Part shown: piece by piece, positions 6,557-14,088 of the stretch
How positions within the stretch are numbered: position 1 is the first letter of the stretch
Layout: the number at the start of each line of letters is the position of its first letter
From: a virus
Direction: 5' to 3' (one strand)
Virus record (IMG/VR): IMGVR_UViG_3300030329_000227
Location: 1 to 26,448 of that record
DNA length: 26,448 nt
Position numbers and translations under genes: made by a program
Notes under the pieces: generated by a model
Seen by the model: only the letters and a program-made list of their open reading frames with translations
Database searches by the model: none
What the model was told of the DNA's origin: nothing

Positions 6557-6697
6557 ATTATCCTTTAATTTATTGATTAGCTCTTTAAACCTTCTACGCA
6601 TACTTTGAATGTCATATACTTTATTATGGTTTTCATCATAAGTATAATACGCACCGAGTTTAATTTGCTCACTATATATGTTACCTTTTTTACTCAT
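6551..6697 (-). CDS. hypothetical small protein (48 aa), below the ORF-track cutoff
   Basis: MSKKGNIYSEQIKLGAYYTYDENHNKVYDIQSMRRRFKELINKLKDNR. Its ATG overlaps the TGA of the phosphoesterase gene (ATGA at 6694-6697). Confidence 0.45.
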   Translation of the reverse strand: MSKKGNIYSEQIKLGAYYTYDENHNKVYDIQSMRRRFKELINKLKDNR

Positions 6698-7431
6698 AGT
6701 TTCATTAACAAATTTATAGGAAGTTTTCCGTTATTCAAAACGACAGCACATCCTATTGCTGGTTTTTTTCCATACTTAGCATAAGCCATAGCATAGCTTT
6801 CATGATCTATACCACAACCTACCTGCATACCAAATACTCTAAAATTTTGACCTACATAATGCTCACAATATGCTTGTGTGTGTAAATGCCCTTGTACTGT
6901 ATTCATCATATCTGCTCTGCATTTTGTTCTCGCTGTTGAGCCTTCACCATGAATGAATTGTACACCATCTTTAACATACCTTTCTACAAAATTCCAATTA
7001 GGCACTTCTAAAACTTCTTTATAGCTCTTAATCCATTTACTAGGAATAGCAGATGTTTGCGCTTTACGCATCACCATACGATCATGGTTGCCTAAAATTA
7101 TTGTAGCTTTAGGAAAAGCTTTATACCATCTAGCAATACGTTCTATTGATAGCTCTAGTTCATCAGCACCACCCATTCCATCAGCAGAGGTTTCATGATA
7201 TGAGGCGTAATGATTATCTATGATGTCACCTATAAAGACAACTTCATTACAATCAAACTCATCATATTTAGATATGCAAAATTCTAGGTATTTATCAAGA
7301 CAAAAAGGTTCGTGGAGATCACCAATAACTAGAACGTTATTTAAACCATTGCCTTCAGATTGGCGTAATTCTTTTATGAAGTCATGTTCTGACTTTGTTA
7401 GTCTAAGTCTATATTCTTTTAATTGTTTTAT
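6694..7431 (-). CDS. calcineurin-like metallophosphoesterase. The extended N-terminus has no canonical start codon (the track lists only 6694..7176).
   Basis: The frame is open from 7437. It encodes motif I VLVIGDLHEP and motif II VFIGDIIDNH upstream of the first ATG (7176), then GNHD, FIHGEG and QGHLHT. There is no ATG, GTG or TTG in frame between 7437 and 7177. ATA at 7431-7429 overlaps the upstream TAA stop (ATAA). Confidence 0.7.
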   Translation of the reverse strand: MKQLKEYRLRLTKSEHDFIKELRQSEGNGLNNVLVIGDLHEPFCLDKYLEFCISKYDEFDCNEVVFIGDIIDNHYASYHETSADGMGGADELELSIERIARWYKAFPKATIILGNHDRMVMRKAQTSAIPSKWIKSYKEVLEVPNWNFVERYVKDGVQFIHGEGSTARTKCRADMMNTVQGHLHTQAYCEHYVGQNFRVFGMQVGCGIDHESYAMAYAKYGKKPAIGCAVVLNNGKLPINLLMKL

Positions 7432-7808
7432 TTCTTTTTAAACTTTTCAAACGACCTGCCACCGAAGTAAGCTCCTATCACCGTTATCAAAACCAACTGC
7501 AATAAATCAATCCAATTATCTTTAACTTCAAAGTCAATCATTCCTGCTTCAATGAAGATTAGTATAATTGTAGATATAACTAAAAATGCAAGTGTCAAAG
7601 GTCTAATGTTTGCAGGTAACCATCCTGCTTTTGCATCAGCTTCCCATCTTCTAGTAATCTGCTCTTCTGCACTTGCCTTAGCATCTAAAATCATTTGCTT
7701 AAACTTAATCTTTAATTCTTTACGTTCAGCATCAGTTGTTACAACATTATCAACAAGTTTATTAACATCTAAATTAAGATTGCCAAATAAGTTTTTTAAA
7801 AAGTTCAT
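7428..7808 (-). CDS. holin-like membrane protein (GTA-type 3TM holin-like signature)
   Basis: An N-terminal amphipathic region is followed by RRWEADAKAGWLPANIRPLTLAFLVISTIILIF and further hydrophobic segments. The gene is directly downstream of, and coupled to, the endolysin. The family assignment is from memory of PF11351-like sequences. Confidence 0.6.
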   Translation of the reverse strand: MNFLKNLFGNLNLDVNKLVDNVVTTDAERKELKIKFKQMILDAKASAEEQITRRWEADAKAGWLPANIRPLTLAFLVISTIILIFIEAGMIDFEVKDNWIDLLQLVLITVIGAYFGGRSFEKFKKK

Positions 7809-8302
7809 ACGCTATTATAATTAATTACAGTTCTATATTTTGTTTTATTATTTTCATCTTTATAAGCTACAAGCTCTTGACATCTATTGTCATTTATAGT
7901 ATAGCTTAAATGAATCCAGGCAGGGTTTTCAGGATCAATATATTGCGTTGCATCTCCAAATTCTAATATAACTTGGTCAAATGGCAACCCTAATTCTTTT
8001 AGTGCCTGGTATATTTTTATATTGTCCATCTTACCACGTTTAAAGTATTGTAAATCAACTGCTTCATATTTACAATGTTGTGACTTAGTAGAACCACCTA
8101 AAGCTTTGTTTAGCTCAGGAGACCTATAGCCACTTGTAATTCTCAAAGCTCCCAACCTATCACGGAGGACTTGGAGGACTTCAGTGGCTAATAAGGTCAA
8201 TTTATATATACCTTCCTTAGAAGGTTCGTTATCTATTCCTAAACGTAAAGCCGTATTACTTCTAGTAAGTTCTTTTAACGTAAAGTTTTTTGATAAACGC
8301 AT
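7805..8302 (-). CDS. peptidase M15 family endolysin (zinc D-Ala-D-Ala carboxypeptidase/L-Ala-D-Glu peptidase-like)
   Basis: FTLKELTRSNTALRLGIDNEP...ITSGYRSPELNKALGGSTKSQHCKYEAVD...WIHLSY matches the H-x6-D...H metal-ligand pattern of M15 cell-wall peptidases. Confidence 0.8.
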   Translation of the reverse strand: MRLSKNFTLKELTRSNTALRLGIDNEPSKEGIYKLTLLATEVLQVLRDRLGALRITSGYRSPELNKALGGSTKSQHCKYEAVDLQYFKRGKMDNIKIYQALKELGLPFDQVILEFGDATQYIDPENPAWIHLSYTINDNRCQELVAYKDENNKTKYRTVINYNSV

Positions 8303-8643
8303 TATTCAAATTTTGCTAGATAGATTTTGTCTATTTCTTTTTGTATCTCTTTTCTAGTAGCTTCTAGTTGCATCATGATATTAGCTTCAAATCTTATAAC
8401 CTCTTCACCTTCATCAAATATGATAACAGTTGGTACAGAAATAATCTTATATTCTTTTTTTATTTCAGGATTTTCACAAATGATAATGCTATCCAATTTG
8501 CAATCTTTTAAACCTGTTATATCAAAACTATTATCTGTATTCCAACTGCTATTATATTGCACTACTGACACTTGACTAAAAGCAATGCCATAACAAAAAA
8601 ATAAAAAACCCATTAACACTAATAATATATTGCTCATGTTCAT
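8302..8643 (-). CDS. secreted thioredoxin-fold protein lacking the CXXC active site
   Basis: A signal-peptide-like N-terminus (ILLVLMGFLFFCYGIAFSQ). VVQYNSSWNTDN sits where F-x-A-x-WCGPC would be, and ISVPTVIIFDEGEEV is the cis-Pro/beta-strand motif of thioredoxins. Confidence 0.55.
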   Translation of the reverse strand: MNMSNILLVLMGFLFFCYGIAFSQVSVVQYNSSWNTDNSFDITGLKDCKLDSIIICENPEIKKEYKIISVPTVIIFDEGEEVIRFEANIMMQLEATRKEIQKEIDKIYLAKFE

Positions 8644-8921
8644 TTTTTTAATTTGTATAAGCGTTCATCCATTACATCTAGCTTTTGCTCAATAGCATCT
8701 AGCTTCTTACTATTACCCATAATTGTAGTACGCACTAGCTCATCTTTCAGTTCATATTCAGTAGCACTTACCCAATTACCCTTTTCTAATGCTTTTTTAT
8801 TAGCATCAATATCAGCTTTTAAAGTAAAGTAAGTTCCTGAAACAGAAGCAACTAAAGTTACTATAATACCAATGGTTTTTAAGTCTAAAGTAAATTGTGA
8901 CTTTTCGTTTATTATACTCAT
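8640..8921 (-). CDS. type II membrane protein with a coiled-coil ectodomain (i-spanin-like topology)
   Basis: One N-terminal TM segment (IGIIVTLVASVSGTYFTL) followed by heptad-like charged helices. ATGA coupling on both sides. Confidence 0.5.
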   Translation of the reverse strand: MSIINEKSQFTLDLKTIGIIVTLVASVSGTYFTLKADIDANKKALEKGNWVSATEYELKDELVRTTIMGNSKKLDAIEQKLDVMDERLYKLKK

Positions 8922-9109
8922 TTGTTACAAGTTTTTCTGTCCGCTATTCCTTGACTAACTATTAATGCTATTACTACCCAAATGAGATTTGCCATTTCTC
9001 CTTCACTAATACCAACAGATGAACCACAGGTTATAATGATAAAAGTTGCAAAAGCATACCAAAATTTCTTTGATGTTAAAATTGATTTTATTGTATTTAA
9101 AATTTCCAT
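8918..9109 (-). CDS. small two-TM membrane protein (class II holin-like)
   Basis: A 63-aa ORF with FWYAFATFIIITCGSSVGI and MANLIWVVIALIVSQGIA and a charged C-terminus DRKTCNK. Confidence 0.5.
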   Translation of the reverse strand: MEILNTIKSILTSKKFWYAFATFIIITCGSSVGISEGEMANLIWVVIALIVSQGIADRKTCNK

Positions 9110-9110
9110 A

Positions 9111-10133
9111 TTATATAATTATTAAATTAATTCCTAAATTGATTGTGTAATTTTCTCTATCAAAATATCTTAGATATTCTAATTGAGTGTATAACGATAA
9201 TGTCTTAGTTAATTTGTAATTTGTTGTTAAACCAAAATCATAATCGTTTGTTTCTGATCCATATTCAGTTAGTTTATGGTTAACAAAGAAGTAGTTACCA
9301 TAAGCTAGTATAAAGAAATTATCCTGATATATGTAATAAGATAAACCAACAACACCTGAAAGTGTATATTGATTGCCAAGTTCTGCTAGTTTATTTCTAT
9401 TATAATTTGTAGGTATTGTAGCATAGTATTGTTGAAATTGTGCTGTGTTATCAGCAACTATATTGCCGTCTAGTATCCATCTAAAAAATGATTGTTCTAA
9501 CCTGTCTAAATGTCCATTTGTGTTACTGTCTATAAACCAAAATTCTTTTTGATATCCTAAAGCTTCAGCAACAGCTTCAAAATCATCAGAATTAGGAAAG
9601 TCCATTTTAAAGGGATTTAAGCCATAGACAGGGTGATAACGCATGATCCCACCTATAGTAGCACGAAAGTTGCTTAGATCACGTTTAAAGCGTAAATCTA
9701 AGGACTTATACTGTAAATCAACATACCCATTGTTAGATGATTCTATTTTTGTGCTTGTATGTTCTCCTATGTATCTGAACCATATTGTGTGATTGTCATA
9801 CTCCCTGCCAAATTGTTTTACTCTTTCATATTGTAGTAAGTATTCAAATCTATCAACAGGTGATCTTTTTAGACTAGCATTTTTCTCAGTTCCATCATAA
9901 TAAAAACGCGGTTTCTTTTCGTATTTAAAACGGCTAAGTTTCTTTATTCCTATAAAATATCTATAATTAGCTTCATCAGTATTAGTGGTTTCTATTAGCT
10001 CTCCATTAGTATAAGTATATGTTTCTAGTGGTTGTATTGTAGAATTAACAGAGCCTCCTACATAAATAGTAGAATACTTATAGAACTGTCCAAAAGACAG
10101 TAAAGGCAATAATAGAAATAAAAGGCGTATCAT
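9111..10133 (-). CDS. exported protein with outer-membrane beta-barrel-like features
   Basis: The N-terminus MIRLLFLLLPLLSFGQ looks like a signal peptide. The protein is Tyr/Asn-rich, and the C-terminal third has alternating hydrophobic/aromatic strands (YDFGLTTNYKLTKTLSLYTQLEYLRYF...INLGINLIII). Confidence 0.5.
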   Translation of the reverse strand: MIRLLFLLLPLLSFGQFYKYSTIYVGGSVNSTIQPLETYTYTNGELIETTNTDEANYRYFIGIKKLSRFKYEKKPRFYYDGTEKNASLKRSPVDRFEYLLQYERVKQFGREYDNHTIWFRYIGEHTSTKIESSNNGYVDLQYKSLDLRFKRDLSNFRATIGGIMRYHPVYGLNPFKMDFPNSDDFEAVAEALGYQKEFWFIDSNTNGHLDRLEQSFFRWILDGNIVADNTAQFQQYYATIPTNYNRNKLAELGNQYTLSGVVGLSYYIYQDNFFILAYGNYFFVNHKLTEYGSETNDYDFGLTTNYKLTKTLSLYTQLEYLRYFDRENYTINLGINLIII

Positions 10134-10135
10134 TA

Positions 10136-10684
10136 TTAAACAGTTACGATTTGATATGTTATATAAAAATCAGCACTAAATGTAGATGAGTAGTTACCAG
10201 CACTATAAACAAAAAAACCTCTATCTGTTAAACCTCCTGCACCACCTAGAGCAGAGGGAGTTTCATTTGCAGATGCAGCATAGTTTATATCAGCAGTTTT
10301 CCCCTGCATAAAACCTGTAATTCCCGCATAATATGCAGATGCAGTTGAAGTATCATAACCAAAATATAGTGTTACTTTTGCTGTTTGTGTACCTGAAGTA
10401 TAATCTACCATTAGACTTATACTTATTGGTTGTATAAAAAGACCTGCTCCTGGAGCTGCCACTAGCGTTGCAAATGTTCCTGCACCACCTGAACTATCCA
10501 TTGCTTGAAATATACCACTAGCTACACTTACTTTATCAGTTTGTATAACAAATTTGCTATCAACTTTTTTACTTGTACCTGCTGAACTCCCTGTTGTATC
10601 AGAGGTATCTACGACCATTAATTTATCATCACTAGCTAGATTGCTTGTTAATGCTGTCTTGTCGGTTAATCTTTGTCCTGCCAT
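10136..10684 (-). CDS. small tail fibre / receptor-binding-like protein
   Basis: The N-terminus LTDKTALTSNLASDDKLMVVDTSDTTGSSAGTSKKV resembles the conserved N-terminal anchor motif of many phage fibres and spikes. The remainder is Gly/Ser/Thr/Ala-rich. Confidence 0.45.
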   Translation of the reverse strand: MAGQRLTDKTALTSNLASDDKLMVVDTSDTTGSSAGTSKKVDSKFVIQTDKVSVASGIFQAMDSSGGAGTFATLVAAPGAGLFIQPISISLMVDYTSGTQTAKVTLYFGYDTSTASAYYAGITGFMQGKTADINYAASANETPSALGGAGGLTDRGFFVYSAGNYSSTFSADFYITYQIVTV

Positions 10685-10752
10685 TGTTTATTTTTTTAAT
10701 ATAATTTTTTAGCTTTTTAAAGTTCTCCAAACTACTTGGATATGTCTTTCTT

Positions 10753-11334
10753 TTAACACCCATAAATAGTAATATCTGCTCCTTGTAAAAAGTTTTTTAA
10801 TCTATTGCTTCTAGGTACGTTAATATCTAAATTCATTCCTGCGTAATAGTTCCTAGTTGTTGGATCAAGATCAGCTCCTGTATTACTGCTGTACTCAGGA
10901 AAAGAACTTGTATTGTTTCTAATATAATCAATTAAACGCTGTCTATAAAACTCTGCTGCATCTTTTGCTCTATCCATTAAAGGTTTTATATCTTCATAAG
11001 AAGCACTATCTGATTGATCTGTAGCACCCATTATAACTATTGCATTGTTTACAAATCTAAGTCTTAGAAATGGTGCAAGTTCTGCAAAAGAAAATTGTAC
11101 TAAAGCAGGTTGTATATAAGTTTCAACTAAGGTTTTATAAGCACCTGTTAAAGAGCCACCTTGTATATCTGATTTTAGTTTAGTATCTAAATCTGTTCCT
11201 AATACAGGAAGTATAAACATATCTTGTGCCAATAGTATATAAGGCATAATGATATTGTCATCCACAGAACCGCCTAAAGCTGTATCTTTTTTTATTCGTG
11301 TTGCTGATATATATAATGTATGTTGTATTGCCAT
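10753..11334 (-). CDS. head-tail connector/adaptor-like protein
   Basis: A 193-aa ORF immediately downstream of the portal. DDNIIMPYILLAQDMFILPVLGTDLDTKL is the pattern seen in gp6/gp15-type adaptors. The call rests on position and a weak motif. Confidence 0.4.
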   Translation of the reverse strand: MAIQHTLYISATRIKKDTALGGSVDDNIIMPYILLAQDMFILPVLGTDLDTKLKSDIQGGSLTGAYKTLVETYIQPALVQFSFAELAPFLRLRFVNNAIVIMGATDQSDSASYEDIKPLMDRAKDAAEFYRQRLIDYIRNNTSSFPEYSSNTGADLDPTTRNYYAGMNLDINVPRSNRLKNFLQGADITIYGC

Positions 11335-11342
11335 AGTTTATT

Positions 11343-13505
11343 TTATTTTACTCCTGGATAATGTCCTTGATTAGGCATATTCTCAGGTGCTATTACTGCA
11401 TCTTTTATTCCTCTTGGTTTTGGTGTATAGCTTTTAGGTATATTGTTAACTTTATTATAATCATCTAAGCTTTGACCCTCTTTTAATTCTGTGCCTTCTT
11501 TTAATCTATACAGTATCACCTTCCAAGCGTGTCTACAATATACACCGCCTTTAAATTTAAATAGATCATAAGCACGTCCTTTGTGTCCTAGTTGTTTGTT
11601 AACACCCTCTCTACTCGCTTTATCAATATCTTCAATTCTATAAACAAAACCTGCACTTGCTAATCTCATCATATTTTCACAAAATTTGCGTGTGCCATTG
11701 CCAGGTTTATTAGCTTTTCTACTCTTTTTAATATATTTAAACCGTACCCTATAATAAGATTTGTCTAAGTAACTAAAAGAATCTTCTTTGCTTATTATTT
11801 CATCTGCAAATTTTTCTTTATCTAGTTTTTCAATTAAACTATCTGCCCATCCTTCATAATCTTCAATATGTCCTTCATCTTGTTCATCCACAACTTCCCA
11901 TTTATCAAGGTCTATTTGCTCACCTTCTAAAGCCTCAAATAAGTCATCAAATTCATCATCTGATAAATTAGCTCTAACGCCCTCTATTTCTTTAACTTTT
12001 TTTTTTGCCCATGATTGACCTGCATCACCTCCCCATAACGCCCATGCTATACGCCCTGCACTTGGAAAACCCTCCTCACCAGGACTAAAACCTTCTGCTT
12101 GTTTATCTACTTCATGTCTAGCAAAAAAGCTATTCATTCTACTAATAGTATCTAAAGACAAATCACCATTAATTATAGACCTTGCTCTAGCTACAGCAAT
12201 TTGTGTGCCACCACGTCCATATTCTTTACGCCACTCTAAGCCTTTTTTAGCCTCTTCAATCATGCCTTCTGTAGGTGAAGTATCTATATCTTTTAAATCT
12301 TTAAACTCTTGTTTTAAATTATCTGTATTAATATCTTCTTTTGTAACTCCTTCCTTCTCTTGATCCTCTTCTGATTGTGTCTTAGTAACTTCAAGATCAA
12401 TGAAATCAGCAGGTTTAAGCGACTTAAAGTATAAATCAAGGTTTATATTGTTAACTTTAAATATCTTATCTAAACCTTTTAAAAGTATGTTCTGAAAAGG
12501 AATAATGACAGTATTATTAAATAAGCTGTAAGCATCACGCAATTCATCTGCATTGTTACCTAAACCACCACCTTCTGAACGTATACCAAATAGTATCGGT
12601 GATGTAACTCTATGACCTGCGAGAATCTGATTTACTGCCTGTTTAGACATACCTTCCCACGCACTCTGTGCATCATTCATTTGTATAGGTTCTATGATTG
12701 GTTGTGTTTCTTTACCATCATTAAAGGTTATAAGTATCTTTCCTGCGTTTCCACTACCTGAGAACTTCTGGTTTAATTGTCTTTCTATAGTGCGTCTTTC
12801 CTCTTCTGTAGGTACTCCGTTAGAGAATCCAACGTGCATACTAGGTGTCATTCCTGATGTTATATTAGATAAATGAAATTGAGCTATCTCTAACTCCATT
12901 TGAATCCAATCTGTTGCTGCAACATAATCAGGTGCAAAGCCATAAAATAAAGCAGGGTTTTTATCTCTAATCATTAAGATTTGACTAGCATGAGTTCTAT
13001 CTTTTGTGCTAAATGCTTTATAGGGTCTTGGTTTATATTCTGCTTTTTTACTTTTTGCCCAATTAGCAGAGTAATAATAAGTATCTATTTCACCATCTAT
13101 CATTTTACCTGAACGTATATATTGTGCAGGTATATGGTTCATCTTAGCTATCTTACTACGATCTCTTGACCATATTACATTTACATAACACCCCCCAAAT
13201 AGCTTTAAATCCATTGCAAGGTCTTTTAAGACATCATCATCAGAATTGTGTAATAATTCATTTAAACGTAAATATGATTCTTTAGTATCTGTATTTTCAT
13301 CAACATTAGTTGCTGCCAAACCTTCACCATAAATCATTGCTCCTATTGACTTAATTAAAGCACCATTGATAGCACTTCCTAAGAATAGCTCTAGCAAATA
13401 ATTAGGATATAGGTTGTCTTCACCAAAACTAACCCAATCATGTCTTGGATCTTCTACTAAGTGAGGTATGTTATAATGTGATAATTTTATTAAATCTAAA
13501 TTCAT
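11343..13505 (-). CDS. portal protein fused to a MuF/SPP1-gp7-like minor head protein domain
   Basis: The N-terminus has a portal-like pattern (DWVSFGEDNLYPNYLLELFLGSAINGALIKSIGAMIYGEGL). After an acidic linker, the C-terminus has TRKFCENMM...GFVYRIEDI...GGVYCRHAWKVILY, resembling the MuF C...C...H-x-CRC region. At 720 aa it is oversized for a portal alone. Confidence 0.7.
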   Translation of the reverse strand: MNLDLIKLSHYNIPHLVEDPRHDWVSFGEDNLYPNYLLELFLGSAINGALIKSIGAMIYGEGLAATNVDENTDTKESYLRLNELLHNSDDDVLKDLAMDLKLFGGCYVNVIWSRDRSKIAKMNHIPAQYIRSGKMIDGEIDTYYYSANWAKSKKAEYKPRPYKAFSTKDRTHASQILMIRDKNPALFYGFAPDYVAATDWIQMELEIAQFHLSNITSGMTPSMHVGFSNGVPTEEERRTIERQLNQKFSGSGNAGKILITFNDGKETQPIIEPIQMNDAQSAWEGMSKQAVNQILAGHRVTSPILFGIRSEGGGLGNNADELRDAYSLFNNTVIIPFQNILLKGLDKIFKVNNINLDLYFKSLKPADFIDLEVTKTQSEEDQEKEGVTKEDINTDNLKQEFKDLKDIDTSPTEGMIEEAKKGLEWRKEYGRGGTQIAVARARSIINGDLSLDTISRMNSFFARHEVDKQAEGFSPGEEGFPSAGRIAWALWGGDAGQSWAKKKVKEIEGVRANLSDDEFDDLFEALEGEQIDLDKWEVVDEQDEGHIEDYEGWADSLIEKLDKEKFADEIISKEDSFSYLDKSYYRVRFKYIKKSRKANKPGNGTRKFCENMMRLASAGFVYRIEDIDKASREGVNKQLGHKGRAYDLFKFKGGVYCRHAWKVILYRLKEGTELKEGQSLDDYNKVNNIPKSYTPKPRGIKDAVIAPENMPNQGHYPGVK

Positions 13506-13507
13506 AA

Positions 13508-13972
13508 TTAAAATGTTATATAAACGCTTTCTGTATCAGAATCGTTAGTTGTATACTCTGTGTATGTCACAGGTGGTGTTTCAACGCCTGTTGTTGCATT
13601 AATTGAAATTAAGTTCATTAAACCATTGTAAACAACCTTTAATCCTGTTGGATCAAGATTAGAATCAGAGCTGTTTTGGTATATTGTTACATCATAAAAG
13701 CCAAGTGGAAAATCTGTTGTCCCTAGATTTATGATTCCTCCTGTTAAATTATCTGAACCTGTTGTTGTAACTGTATTCATTGAAACATATCTATCTTTGT
13801 TGCTATAATTAGTTGACGGCAAATAAGTTTTAGATTTTTTTGTGAATTGACTAGTTATTGTCCATAGTGACCTGTGAACCGTAGTAGATGTATATTCATC
13901 ATATATATTTAAATATATGGTATTAGCTATTAAGTGATAGCCCACAGAATCTGGTGCAGAAAATTGAATCAT
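13508..13972 (-). CDS. hypothetical (probably structural) protein
   Basis: A 154-aa Thr/Ser/Asn-rich ORF in the morphogenesis train. Confidence 0.6.
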   Translation of the reverse strand: MIQFSAPDSVGYHLIANTIYLNIYDEYTSTTVHRSLWTITSQFTKKSKTYLPSTNYSNKDRYVSMNTVTTTGSDNLTGGIINLGTTDFPLGFYDVTIYQNSSDSNLDPTGLKVVYNGLMNLISINATTGVETPPVTYTEYTTNDSDTESVYITF

Positions 13973-14088
13973 TTTTCAGTAAAATACTTATTATAAAAAT
14001 CAACGCATTGATCTTTTATTTGTTCTAATTCCTCTTGACTATATGAATGTAAAAAATGTTCTTTGTATTTATCCTGCAAAACTATCAT
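13969..14088 (-). CDS. small ORF (39 aa), below the track cutoff
   Basis: MIVLQDKYKEHFLHSYSQEELEQIKDQCVDFYNKYFTEK. Its TGA overlaps the ATG of the 154-aa gene (ATGA). Confidence 0.4.
   Translation of the reverse strand: MIVLQDKYKEHFLHSYSQEELEQIKDQCVDFYNKYFTEK

Noticed and set aside
6479-6560. Possible tRNA or other known RNA gene in the structured convergent region
   Set aside because: There is no cloverleaf. There is no GTTCGAATC-like T-arm, no D-arm consensus, and no acceptor-stem pairing between the ends.
7428-7440. A -1 frameshift at T AAA AAG fusing the holin-like protein to the phosphoesterase
   Set aside because: The heptamer is not a true X XXY YYZ site, because the P-site would re-pair on UAA. 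A holin-phosphoesterase fusion also makes little biological sense. Non-canonical reinitiation or a mutated start is more likely, and this is retained only as a minor alternative.
7220-8575. Plus-strand ORFs 7220..7441, 7552..7824 and 8327..8575
   Set aside because: They are antisense to the phosphoesterase N-terminal extension, the holin-like gene and the Trx-like gene. They have no start context and no coupling.
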